DNA of 36,412 bases. Origin: an uncultured Acidobacteriota bacterium (GTDB taxonomy: Bacteria; Acidobacteriota; Terriglobia; Bryobacterales; Bryobacteraceae). The stretch spans positions 1-36,412 of the forward strand of contig CALFYN010001033.1 of assembly GCA_937952345.1 (NCBI GenBank). Reading direction: 5' to 3'. This document shows positions 8,590 to 17,585 of the stretch, piece by piece (position 1 is the stretch's first letter; each line of letters begins with the position of its first letter). The translations under genes were made by a program, and so were the position numbers. The notes beneath the pieces are model-generated. The model worked only from the letters and a program-made list of their open reading frames with translations, searched no databases and had not been told where the DNA came from.

Positions 8590-9732
8590 CTACAGTGCGA
8601 GGCATACGACCAGCATCACGATGGATGCGGCGGGCAGAAGGAGAAGCGCTTTCTTCAGCCCCTTGGGATCGTCGCCGGCGATGCCGCCGATGATGGGGGA
8701 GCTGACTACCAGTCCGAGCCAGCCGGCGGTGACGGCGATGCCGGTGGCGGTGGCGGCCATGTTCGTAAAGCGGGCGCTGACGACTGCGAGGGTAGTGGGG
8801 AATACGGGGGCCATGGCGATGCCGGCGAAGAAAACGAGGATTTGGGCAGTGCCGGGGTTGGCGCTTTGGAGCATGAGGAACGTGGTGACGGCCATGAGGG
8901 CGGCGGAGCCGGCGAGGACGTTTTCGGGCGACACGCCGGTAAGGATGGGAGAGACGGCGACACGGCCAAGCAGGAGGCCGAGGGCGAAGCCGAGCGATAG
9001 GATGGTGAGCGCTTTCGATTCGGGGAGGCCCTGTGCGATCAAGTGACGGACGAGCCAGTTCCAGACTCCGACTTCACAGGCTACGTATACGAACAAGGTC
9101 AGGGCGAGAAGGATGAGCGAAGTGTTGCCCATGAGTGCGCCGACCTGAGAGGAATCGAATGCGACCTGACCGCTGGCTCCGGGCATTTCGGTGATGGCGC
9201 TGACGCCGAGGGCGACTGCGACGGTGGAGACAGCAAAGACGAGGAGCCGGCTCGAATTGTTGTGGAATAGTTTGGCCGCTACTAGAGGAGTGACGAGCCC
9301 ACCAAGTCCGAAGAAGAGGTTGAGCACGTTGAACACGCCGGCGGTGGAGAGGGATTCAAGTTTGATGTGGGGCGGGAGGCCGTTGGCCCCTACGACCACC
9401 GCGCCGCCGCCGACGCCGAGGACGAGCATGAGGATCGCGATCATACTGTAGCCGCCGACGGTACGGAGACCAAGGAGGGCGATGGCAATGAGGCCAAGGC
9501 CAAGGAGGAGTCCGGTTTTCCAGCCTTGCAGATCCATGAGGGGGCCGCCGAAGAAGGAGCCGATCATGAGGCCGACAGCTTGGGCCATGGCGATGTTGCC
9601 GTTCTGCTTTGGCGTGAGGCTGAATTTCTTGGAGAGGTCGGGGAGAATCGTGCCGAGCATGGCGGCGATCATCCCGTAGACAAAAATAGCGAGGACTGCT
9701 GCAACAATGAGCATAGCCTCAAATGCTACCAA
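8590..9732 (-). CDS. MFS transporter
   Basis: 380 aa, about 12 hydrophobic segments, glycine-rich helices. It lies 4 nt upstream of the sulfatase gene. Start is uncertain (TTG 9732 or ATG 9714). Confidence 0.8.
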   Translation of the reverse strand: MVAFEAMLIVAAVLAIFVYGMIAAMLGTILPDLSKKFSLTPKQNGNIAMAQAVGLMIGSFFGGPLMDLQGWKTGLLLGLGLIAIALLGLRTVGGYSMIAILMLVLGVGGGAVVVGANGLPPHIKLESLSTAGVFNVLNLFFGLGGLVTPLVAAKLFHNNSSRLLVFAVSTVAVALGVSAITEMPGASGQVAFDSSQVGALMGNTSLILLALTLFVYVACEVGVWNWLVRHLIAQGLPESKALTILSLGFALGLLLGRVAVSPILTGVSPENVLAGSAALMAVTTFLMLQSANPGTAQILVFFAGIAMAPVFPTTLAVVSARFTNMAATATGIAVTAGWLGLVVSSPIIGGIAGDDPKGLKKALLLLPAASIVMLVVCLAL

Positions 9733-9743
9733 ATCCGGGGGTG

Positions 9744-10586
9744 TTATGCCTGATCGAGTTTGCGGGCGAGGATCTGGCTGCGCTCCTTGGCGTGCTTTGT
9801 GGCGGTTTCGATTGCGGAGATGAGCATGGAGCGGAGTCCGTGGCGCTCGAGTTCGTGAATAGCGACGATTGTCGTGCCGCCGGGCGTGGTAACTTCATCG
9901 CGTAGGACGGCGGGGTGGGCTTGGGATTGACGAACGTGTTTGGCTGCGCCGAGTACGGTTTGCTCTGCGAGACGGGTGGAGATTTCGCGGGAAAGCCCCA
10001 TCTTGACGCCTCCGGCGATGAAGGCCTCGATCACCATGTAGACGTAGGCGGGACCGCTGCCGGAGAGCGCGGTAACGGCATCCATCATTTCTTCTTCGAC
10101 GGTGCAGACGATGCCGACGGCACGGAAGATGCGGTCGACGAGGAGTTGATGTTCGGGTAGAGCGTGGCTGTTGGCGGAGATGGCGATGGCTCCTTCTTCG
10201 ACGAGCACAGGGATATTAGGCATGGCTCGGAAGACGGGCATCGGATGAGGGAGTCGCTTCTCGATGACCGAGAGTGGGAGCGCAGCGGCAAGTGAGATGA
10301 GGATTTGATCGGGGCGGAGTGCGTCGCGAATTTCATCGACGACTTTGGGGACGATGTGGGGTTTGGTGGCGAGGACGATGACGGAGGCTTGCTGGGCAGC
10401 AATCCGATTGCCTCCGGCGAGGACGGTGCAGCCGTATTTATCGCGGAGGCTGTTGGCTTTTTCCTCTGATTTGACGGTGGCGATGACCTCGTCTTTGGTG
10501 ACGACACCTGCTTTAAGGATGCCACCGAGGAGGGCTCCGCCCATGTTGCCGGTGCCGAGGACGGCGATTTTCAGATTGTTGGACAC
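9744..10586 (-). CDS. proC: Pyrroline-5-carboxylate reductase
   Basis: 280 aa. NAD(P) loop IAVLGTGNMGGALLGG. C-terminal block VTTPGGTTIVAIHELERHGLRS is typical of ProC. GTG start. Confidence 0.92.
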   Translation of the reverse strand: MSNNLKIAVLGTGNMGGALLGGILKAGVVTKDEVIATVKSEEKANSLRDKYGCTVLAGGNRIAAQQASVIVLATKPHIVPKVVDEIRDALRPDQILISLAAALPLSVIEKRLPHPMPVFRAMPNIPVLVEEGAIAISANSHALPEHQLLVDRIFRAVGIVCTVEEEMMDAVTALSGSGPAYVYMVIEAFIAGGVKMGLSREISTRLAEQTVLGAAKHVRQSQAHPAVLRDEVTTPGGTTIVAIHELERHGLRSMLISAIETATKHAKERSQILARKLDQA

Positions 10587-10611
10587 AAAGATATTGTAGG
10601 GGTACGACGGA

Positions 10612-11568
10612 TCAACTGACCACGTTGCTCGGGTTGCCGGCGAGGAAGGCTTTGACGTTGTTCACCGCAATGTCCATGAGACGGGCGCGGGCTTCCTTAG
10701 TGGCCCAGGCGATGTGCGGGGTGACAATGCAATTTTTCGCGGAGAAGAGCGGGTTGCCGTGGACGGGGGGTTCGAGAGAGAGGACATCAAGTCCTGCTCC
10801 GGCGATGATGCCGGCATTGAGCGCATCGGCGAGATCCTGGTCCACGATGAGTGGGCCCCGGGAGGTGTTCAGCAGGAAACTGCTGGGTTTCATGCGGCGG
10901 AGTCGTTCGGCGTTGATGATGCCCTTGTTGTCGGCCGTGAGCGGGCAGTGGAGGCTGACGACATCGGATTCGGCGAGCAGTTCGTCGATGGGAGCCCAAC
11001 GGAAACCTTCGTAATCGGGTGCGTTGCCCTGGTAGGTGTCGTTGGCGATGACGCGCATTCCCATTGCGTCGGCGATCTTCGCAGTCTGGCGGCCGATGCG
11101 GCCGAAGCCGACGATGCCCATGGTCTTGCCCGCGAGTTCGATGAGCGGTGTTTTCCAGAAGCACCAGTCGGGATTGGTGGTCCACTCGCCGTTGCGGACT
11201 GCTTCGCCATGCGCGCCGGCGTGATGGCAGAGTTCGAGGAGGAGGGCGAAGGCGTGTTGGGCGACAGAGGCGGTACCGTAGGTGGGAATGTTGGAGACGA
11301 CGATGCCGCGCTGCTTGGCGGAGACGATATCGACGATGTTGTAGCCGGTGGCAAGGACTCCGATGTATTTCAAATTGGGCGATGCGGCCTGCGCGGCGGC
11401 GTCAAGCGGAGTTTTGTTCGTCATCACGAGTTCGGCGGTGCCGATGCGCGGAAGTATGTCCGCGGGGGCGGTGCGGTCGTGCACTTCGAGGTCGACTATT
11501 TCACGCAAGGCGTCCCAGCTGAGGTCGCCGGGGTTGAGACAGTATCCATCCAATACGATCAGTTTCAT
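10612..11568 (-). CDS. D-isomer-specific 2-hydroxyacid dehydrogenase (glycerate/hydroxypyruvate reductase-like)
   Basis: MKLIVLDG start at ATG 11568. NAD loop GIVGFGRIGRQTA. Catalytic-region blocks LLNTSRGPLIVDQ, GLDVLSLEP and VTPHIAWAT. The tracked 5' extension to 11925 overlaps the divergent gene and is rejected. Confidence 0.88.
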   Translation of the reverse strand: MKLIVLDGYCLNPGDLSWDALREIVDLEVHDRTAPADILPRIGTAELVMTNKTPLDAAAQAASPNLKYIGVLATGYNIVDIVSAKQRGIVVSNIPTYGTASVAQHAFALLLELCHHAGAHGEAVRNGEWTTNPDWCFWKTPLIELAGKTMGIVGFGRIGRQTAKIADAMGMRVIANDTYQGNAPDYEGFRWAPIDELLAESDVVSLHCPLTADNKGIINAERLRRMKPSSFLLNTSRGPLIVDQDLADALNAGIIAGAGLDVLSLEPPVHGNPLFSAKNCIVTPHIAWATKEARARLMDIAVNNVKAFLAGNPSNVVS

Positions 11569-11614
11569 GTGTGCTCGTCGTTCGATGATATACCATAAGG
11601 CGTTGGTCACTCGA

Positions 11615-12811
11615 ATGGCTGCCATTGCACCATCAACGCGCATCGGAGAATTGCGGCCCACGGCTGTGAACTCGATTCTGGCTGAGGTGCGCCAATTGCA
11701 AGCGGAGGGGAAGAATCTTGTTTCGTTGATGCGCGGGGAGCCTGATTTGCGGACCCCGGAACACATAGTGGAGGCGGCCGAGAAAGCTCTGCGGGCGGGG
11801 CGGACAGGGTATCCGGACAACCGGGGCGAGCCGCGGCTGCGGGAAGCGGTACGGACAAAACTGGAGCGGGATAACGGGCTGCAGTACGACCCGGGGACAG
11901 AGATCCTGGTTACCACAGGCGCCACGTTCGGGATTCATGCGGCTCTAACTGCGGTGCTGAATCCAGGAGATGAGGTGTTGTTGCCGGAGCCGGTCTACGA
12001 TGCATACTGTTCGCCGGTGATGCTGGCGGGTGGAGTGTTGAAACCGGTGCCCGCTGTAATTGAGAACGGCCGCTTTGTGCTGTATCCGGAGATGATTGAA
12101 GCTGCGTGCAGCTCGCGCACGCGCATGTTGTTGCTCAACACACCATGGAATCCGACGGGTACGGTCTTCACGCGGAGTGAATTGGAGCGGATCGCGGATG
12201 TAGTGCTGCGGCATGGGCTGGTTTTATTGAGCGATGAGATCTACGAAGCGATCACGTACGAGGGGAAGACACACATCTCACCCGCATCGCTTTCAGATGA
12301 GTTGCGCGAACGCACTATTCTGGTGAACAGCGTTTCGAAAACGTACGCGATGACTGGATGGCGGGCGGGATATTGCGCGGCGGGGGCAGCGATTACACAG
12401 GCGATGTTCCTGGTTTTGCAACAGTCAAGCCGGGGTCCGGCGACGTTCGTACAGGATGCCTGTACGGAAGCTTTGATCGGACCGCAGAGTTGCGTGGCAG
12501 CCATGCGCGCGGAGTACGCGGCACGGCGTGGGGAGGTGTTGCGCGCTTTGGATGGAGTTGGGGGATGCCGGATGCTGGCTCCGGAAGGTGGGTTCTTCGC
12601 GATGGCTGATGTAAGGGCGCTGGGGATGGCTTCAAACGATGTGCGGCGGGCGCTGATGCGGCATCATGGAGTGGTGACAGCACACGGATCGGCGTACGGC
12701 CCAAGCGGTGAAGGAACGCTCCGCATTTCGTTTGCCACGGGAGGCGAGACGCTACAGCGCGGATTGGAACGATTGTGCGCGGGGTTGGCCGCGCTGCGGA
12801 CAGTGGAATGA
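11615..12811 (+). CDS. PLP-dependent class I/II aminotransferase (aspartate/aromatic-type)
   Basis: ATG 11615. Blocks GEPDLRTPEHIVEAA, YPDNRGEPRLREAV, NTPWNPTG, and the PLP-lysine motif SVSKTYAMTGWRAGY. Confidence 0.88.
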   Translation: MAAIAPSTRIGELRPTAVNSILAEVRQLQAEGKNLVSLMRGEPDLRTPEHIVEAAEKALRAGRTGYPDNRGEPRLREAVRTKLERDNGLQYDPGTEILVTTGATFGIHAALTAVLNPGDEVLLPEPVYDAYCSPVMLAGGVLKPVPAVIENGRFVLYPEMIEAACSSRTRMLLLNTPWNPTGTVFTRSELERIADVVLRHGLVLLSDEIYEAITYEGKTHISPASLSDELRERTILVNSVSKTYAMTGWRAGYCAAGAAITQAMFLVLQQSSRGPATFVQDACTEALIGPQSCVAAMRAEYAARRGEVLRALDGVGGCRMLAPEGGFFAMADVRALGMASNDVRRALMRHHGVVTAHGSAYGPSGEGTLRISFATGGETLQRGLERLCAGLAALRTVE

Positions 12812-15696
12812 ATCTGGTTTCGATCGAATCGGTACCGGTGGATCGCGAAGCGCTGCGGACCGCGCTGGAGGCGGAGGTGCAGGGGGAGGTGCGCTTCGAC
12901 AAGGTGTCGCGGGCGCTATATTCCACCGATGCCAGTGTGTACCAGATCATGCCTGTCGGCGTAGTGGTGCCGAAGTCGCAGGAGGATCTGATTCGCGCGG
13001 TAACTGTGTGCCGGCGGTACGGGTGTCCGGTGACGCTGCGCGGTGGCGGTACTTCGCAGGCCGGGCAGGCGATCGGCGAAGGGGTGCAGATCGACATTTC
13101 GAAGTACGTGAACCGACTGCTGGAGGTGGATGTCGAGCAGGGTTGGGCTCGGGTGGAGCCGGGGATTGTGCTGGATGAATTGAACGCGTTGCTGAAGCCG
13201 TATAACGTCCGTTTTGCACCGGATATCTCCACGGCGAGCCGGGCAACGTTGGGTGGGATGATGGCAAATAATTCCTCTGGCGCTCGCAGCGTGTTGTACG
13301 GAAAGACCATCGATCACGTGCTGGAACAGAGGGTGCTGCTGGCGGATGGGACGATCACGGAGTTTCGCGATCTGGATGCGGCGGCGCTGAATGACAAGTG
13401 TTCGGGGGGTACGTTCGAGTCGGAGTGTTACCGCGTGGTGCGGGATGTGGTGGCAACGCACGCCGATGAGGTGAGGGCACGATTTCCGAAGGTGATGAGG
13501 CGGGTGGGCGGCTACAACCTGGATGAGTTTCTCGATCCGGCACGACCATTTAATCTGTCGAAGCTGATGGTGGGTTCAGAAGGAACCTTGGGCATCGTGC
13601 TGGAAGCGAAGATCCGGTTGGTGCCCCTGCCGAAGCACAAATCGGTGCTGGCGATTGAGTTCGATACTCTGTTGGATGCCTTGGGGGCGACTCCGGTGAT
13701 TCTTCGCCACAAGCCCTCAGCAGTGGAGGTGATGGACAAGTTCATCCTGGATCACACGCGGCAGAGTCCGGCGCTTGATAGGGTGCGGCGCACGTTTATT
13801 CAGGGGGATCCGGGGGCCCTGCTGTGCGTGGAGTTCTATTCCGATACGGCGGAGGCGCTGCGGCCGCGCATGGAAGCGGTGGAGCAGGATGTGCGGGAGC
13901 ACGGCGTGGGGACGCACTTTTTCTACGCGATGGATTTGCCCGCACAGGCGCGCATCTGGAGCGTTCGGGAGTCGGCGCTGGGGCTGTCGATGGCGATGAA
14001 GGAGGACGCGAAGTCCATCTCGTTCGTCGAGGATACGGCGGTGGATCCCGCGAAGTTACGGGATTATATCGACCGCTTTCTGGGGATCATCCGAAAGCAT
14101 CAAACGGTGGCCGGGATTTATGCGCATGCCTCGGTGGGCTGCCTACACGTGCGTCCAGTGGTGAACATGAAGACCGAGGACGGGATACGAAAGTTCGAGG
14201 CGATCGCCAATGAAGTGGCTGATCTGGTGCTGGAGTTTGGGGGGGCGCTTTCAGGGGAGCATGGCGACGGGTATGTGCGGAGTCCCTTTCTGGAGAAGAT
14301 GTTCGGGCCGGTGTTGTACGAAGCGTTTCGTACCATCAAGCACACTTTCGATCCGAAGGGATTGATGAATCCGGGGAAGATTGTCGATTCGCCGCCATTG
14401 ACCGAGAATCTGCGTTTCGGCGCGGGATATGAAACTCCGAATCCGAAAACGTATTTCGACTACTCGGAATACGGCGGAATGGGCGGCGCGGTGGAAATGT
14501 GCAGTGGGGTGGGAGCCTGCCGGAAGAAGTTGGATGGGACGATGTGCCCATCTTACATGGCGACGCGCGAAGAAATGCACACGACGCGTGGGCGCGCGAA
14601 CGTGCTGCGCATGGCGATGGCGGGCCGGTTGGGGGAAGCAGGATTGGGCGATGACGGTGTGAAGCAGGTGCTGGATCTGTGCCTGGAATGCCGCGCCTGC
14701 AAAGCGGAATGCCCGGTGGGCGTGGATGTGGCTCGGTTCAAGAGCGAGTTTCTGGCCGATTACTATTCGCGGCACGGCGTGCCGCTGCGGGCGAAAATCC
14801 TGGGGCATGTGGCGGAAGTAGCAGCGTGGGGCAGCAGTTTCGCTCCCATTGCGAATTGGGCGGCGCGCGGGCCGTTGGCGCGGTGGTTTAACTCGCATTA
14901 CGTTGGAATTGATAAGAGACGGACGCTGCCGCGATGGAATTCGCGACCGCTGCGGCAGCGAATATTACGAACGGAAGGAGAGGTGCTGCTGTTCTGTGAT
15001 ACGTTCACGAATTACTACCATCCGGAAGTGGGCGAGGCCGCGGTACGAGTGGTGGAGGCGGGTGGCTTCGGGACGGGACTTGCGCCTAATGTGTGTTGCG
15101 GCCGGCCGCTGATCTCACAGGGATTGCTGGATGAGGCGCGAGCGAAGGCGCGGCGCAACACCGAACTGCTGTATCCCCTGCTGGAACAAAAGAAACGGTT
15201 TTTGTTTTGTGAACCGAGTTGCCTTTCGGCGATGAAGGAGGACGCTCCGAGCCTGCTCCGCGGGGATGAACAGCGGCGGGCGCGGGAAGTGGCGGCGGCG
15301 TGCCTGCTGTGGGAAGAATTCGTGGAAGTAGAAATCGGAGCGAAGCTGAGGCTGCGCACGGGTCCCAAGAAGATCCTGTTGCACGGGCATTGCCATCAGA
15401 AGTCGATGGGACTGCTAGCCGCTGCGAAGGCACTGCTGGGCCGTGTGCCGGAAGCGGCGGTGGTGGATCTGGATGCAGGATGTTGCGGCATGGCAGGATC
15501 GTTCGGGTACGCCAAGGAGCACTACGAAGTGTCGCGAACGATGGCGGAGCGGAAGTTGTTGCCGGCGGCGCGTAGCATGGGTCCGGATACGGTGCTAGTA
15601 GCGGCAGGGATTTCGTGCCGTCAGCAGGTGGAAGAACTGGCCGAGGTGCAAGCGCAGCATCCGGCGATTTTGATTGCGAGCCTGCTGGAAGTATGA
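12808..15696 (+). CDS. Fused FAD-binding oxidase / 4Fe-4S / CCG-domain dehydrogenase (YdiJ-like D-2-hydroxyacid dehydrogenase architecture)
   Basis: ATG 12808 overlaps the aminotransferase stop (ATGA). N-terminal GlcD-like FAD domain (RGGGTSQAGQ). Fe-S motifs CSGVGACRKKLDGTMCP and CLECRACKAECP. C-terminal CCG motifs NVCCGRP and AGCCGMAG. Confidence 0.85.
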   Translation: MNLVSIESVPVDREALRTALEAEVQGEVRFDKVSRALYSTDASVYQIMPVGVVVPKSQEDLIRAVTVCRRYGCPVTLRGGGTSQAGQAIGEGVQIDISKYVNRLLEVDVEQGWARVEPGIVLDELNALLKPYNVRFAPDISTASRATLGGMMANNSSGARSVLYGKTIDHVLEQRVLLADGTITEFRDLDAAALNDKCSGGTFESECYRVVRDVVATHADEVRARFPKVMRRVGGYNLDEFLDPARPFNLSKLMVGSEGTLGIVLEAKIRLVPLPKHKSVLAIEFDTLLDALGATPVILRHKPSAVEVMDKFILDHTRQSPALDRVRRTFIQGDPGALLCVEFYSDTAEALRPRMEAVEQDVREHGVGTHFFYAMDLPAQARIWSVRESALGLSMAMKEDAKSISFVEDTAVDPAKLRDYIDRFLGIIRKHQTVAGIYAHASVGCLHVRPVVNMKTEDGIRKFEAIANEVADLVLEFGGALSGEHGDGYVRSPFLEKMFGPVLYEAFRTIKHTFDPKGLMNPGKIVDSPPLTENLRFGAGYETPNPKTYFDYSEYGGMGGAVEMCSGVGACRKKLDGTMCPSYMATREEMHTTRGRANVLRMAMAGRLGEAGLGDDGVKQVLDLCLECRACKAECPVGVDVARFKSEFLADYYSRHGVPLRAKILGHVAEVAAWGSSFAPIANWAARGPLARWFNSHYVGIDKRRTLPRWNSRPLRQRILRTEGEVLLFCDTFTNYYHPEVGEAAVRVVEAGGFGTGLAPNVCCGRPLISQGLLDEARAKARRNTELLYPLLEQKKRFLFCEPSCLSAMKEDAPSLLRGDEQRRAREVAAACLLWEEFVEVEIGAKLRLRTGPKKILLHGHCHQKSMGLLAAAKALLGRVPEAAVVDLDAGCCGMAGSFGYAKEHYEVSRTMAERKLLPAARSMGPDTVLVAAGISCRQQVEELAEVQAQHPAILIASLLEV

Positions 15697-16931
15697 ATCT
15701 CGCTGTGGTGTCGGTGTCGGCGCTGGCACTGGCGATTCTGCTGAGTTGCGTGACCCAAATCAATGTCGGGATTGTATCCGTGGCCTTTGCGTGGATTATT
15801 GGTGTGTACCTGGGAGGGATGACAGCAAAGCAGGTGGCCGCGGGGTTTCCGGTGGATCTGTTCCTGACGCTGAGCGGAGTGACGCTGCTGTTTGCGCAAG
15901 CGCAGGTGAACGGGACTCTGGACCGGATGACGCGTCATGCGGTTCGATTGTGCCGGGGGAATGCAGGCGTGTTGCCGGTGATGTTTTTTCTGCTGGCTGC
16001 AGGACTGGCGTCAATCGGACCGGGGAATATCGCGACGGCGGCGCTGTTGGCCCCAGCGGCGATGGCTACTGCGGAGCGGATGCGCATTCCGGCGTTTCTA
16101 ATGGCGATTATGGTAGGGAATGGCGCGAACTCAGGGTCGTTGTCGCCGTTCGCTCCGACAGGGATTATTGTGAATGGGCTGATGGAACGAATTGGGTTGC
16201 AGGAAGTGGCGCTGAGCAATTGGGTGAGCAACTTCGCCGCACATGCGACTGTGGCGTTTGCAGGGTATGTGCTCTTTGGGGGTATTGGGCAGTTGCGGCG
16301 AAAGGATGCGCGTGCCGACGCGGATGAAGCGGCGGCTCCGTTCGAGCGAAGTCATTGGATCACGATGGTGGTTATTGCGGGCCTGGTGATGGGTGTGCTG
16401 GTGTGGAAGATGAATATCGGGATGGCGGCGTTCGCCGGGGCCGCGGTGCTCGCGCTGACGAGGGCATCGAATGATGCGGAGGCGATTCGGAAGATGCCGT
16501 GGAATACGCTGGTGATGGTGAGCGGGGTGACGGTATTGATTGGGATTCTGGAGAAGACACAGGGGATTGAGTTGTTTGCTGGTTTGATGGCGAAGGTGTC
16601 GACGCCAGGGACCGTGACCGGGGTGGTAGCGTTTCTGACGGGGGTGGTGTCGGTGTATAGCAGTACGTCGGGGGTTGTGCTGCCGGCGTTTTTGCCGGCG
16701 ATTCCGTCGCTAGTGGAAAAACTGGGCGGAGGAAGTGCGTTGGCGGTGGCTTCGTCGATGAATATTGGCGGGCATTTGGTGGATGTGTCGCCCTTGTCGA
16801 CGATTGGGGCGCTTTGTTTGGCTGGCGTGAGCGATGTGGTCGAGAGTAAGTCTCTGTTTTATAAGCTGCTGGCTTGGGGGCTATCTATGTGTGTGGTGGG
16901 GGCGGTGTTCAGTTGGGTGTTTTTCCGCTGA
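15693..16931 (+). CDS. Ion-transporter-superfamily anion permease (ArsB/NhaD/DASS/CitMHS-like)
   Basis: ATG 15693 overlaps the upstream stop (ATGA). 412 aa and polytopic. Hairpin-like motifs GPGNIATAALLAP and NGANSGSLSPFAPTG are typical of this superfamily. Confidence 0.7.
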   Translation: MNLAVVSVSALALAILLSCVTQINVGIVSVAFAWIIGVYLGGMTAKQVAAGFPVDLFLTLSGVTLLFAQAQVNGTLDRMTRHAVRLCRGNAGVLPVMFFLLAAGLASIGPGNIATAALLAPAAMATAERMRIPAFLMAIMVGNGANSGSLSPFAPTGIIVNGLMERIGLQEVALSNWVSNFAAHATVAFAGYVLFGGIGQLRRKDARADADEAAAPFERSHWITMVVIAGLVMGVLVWKMNIGMAAFAGAAVLALTRASNDAEAIRKMPWNTLVMVSGVTVLIGILEKTQGIELFAGLMAKVSTPGTVTGVVAFLTGVVSVYSSTSGVVLPAFLPAIPSLVEKLGGGSALAVASSMNIGGHLVDVSPLSTIGALCLAGVSDVVESKSLFYKLLAWGLSMCVVGAVFSWVFFR

Positions 16932-16969
16932 ATTGTTGGGCCAATGCCGCCATCAGCAGCACAGTCTGA

Positions 16970-17566
16970 TCAGGCGCGGTTGGCGGTTCGGAATTCGGGG
17001 TCGAACCAAGTGCGGAGGTTGGGGTAGCCTACGATTTGCGGATTCTTTTTGAAGCGCAGGAAATAGGGAGCGCCACCGCGGATGCCGCCTTCGACGAGGT
17101 CTTCCCAGGAAGCGATCTCGAGGGGTCCGGTTTCCGGATTGGATGAGAACCGGATACCGTCGCTGAGCGTTTGGGGGAATTGGAAGACGAAACGGGAAAG
17201 GGGGGCGGGGCGGAGAAGGAGTTTGTCGGCCGCTTCCTGAATCGCGGAGGCGGGCGGTTGACGGAGTTTCAGGCGGATGACGGCGTACGCTCGCGATTCG
17301 ACGGCGTCAAGGTCGTAGGACAAGGCACGGTAGATGTAGCGGATGACGTCCGGGGTTCGCTCGGTGGCGAGGTGGTAGCTCCACTGGACTTCGGTAGGCC
17401 GCTGGTGCGGGTCTGCTTCGGGGACGAAGAAGCGGCCAGCCCATTGTGCGGAGTTGGCGCGAACGGTGCGGGGGATCCATTCGATGTCTGGGACGGCACG
17501 ATAGGTGTCGGGGGCGATGCGGGCTATGGATTCGATCCAAATTTTGGTCAGTTCGGCTTCCGTCAT
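16970..17566 (-). CDS. Hypothetical protein C of orphan operon (198 aa, cytoplasmic)
   Basis: ATG 17566 lies 19 nt after the stop of the 445-aa ORF and is preceded by GAGGA. No signal peptide, TM segment or recognised motif. Confidence 0.7.
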   Translation of the reverse strand: MTEAELTKIWIESIARIAPDTYRAVPDIEWIPRTVRANSAQWAGRFFVPEADPHQRPTEVQWSYHLATERTPDVIRYIYRALSYDLDAVESRAYAVIRLKLRQPPASAIQEAADKLLLRPAPLSRFVFQFPQTLSDGIRFSSNPETGPLEIASWEDLVEGGIRGGAPYFLRFKKNPQIVGYPNLRTWFDPEFRTANRA

Positions 17567-17585
17567 GGCTTCCTCATTCTGCCTG

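Noticed and set aside
7121-8693. Multiple long ORFs lie in other frames of the sulfatase locus (7121..7984 -, 7242..7907 +, 7914..8693 +, 7997..8475 -).
   Set aside because: The sulfatase frame carries the Tat signal and the CxPxR signature. The others are low-complexity Pro/Ser/Thr or Gly/Val/Glu-rich shadows.
11348-11925. The extended versions of the dehydrogenase ORF (to 11925) and the aminotransferase ORF (from 11348) overlap each other.
   Set aside because: Both extensions are Arg/Ser/Pro-rich and overlap the true start of the opposing gene. MKLIVLDG (11568) and MAAIAPS (11615) give family-typical N-termini.
12393-15763. Large antisense or alternative-frame ORFs lie within the FAD/Fe-S dehydrogenase gene (12393..13310 -, 14251..14898 -, 15086..15763 -, and others).
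   Set aside because: The plus-frame product has contiguous FAD, 4Fe-4S and CCG motifs over 962 aa. The alternatives are compositionally biased shadows.
16932-16969. I looked for a bidirectional terminator between the permease gene and gene C.
   Set aside because: The 38-nt spacer contains no stem of useful length. TTGGGCCAA has only a 1-nt loop.
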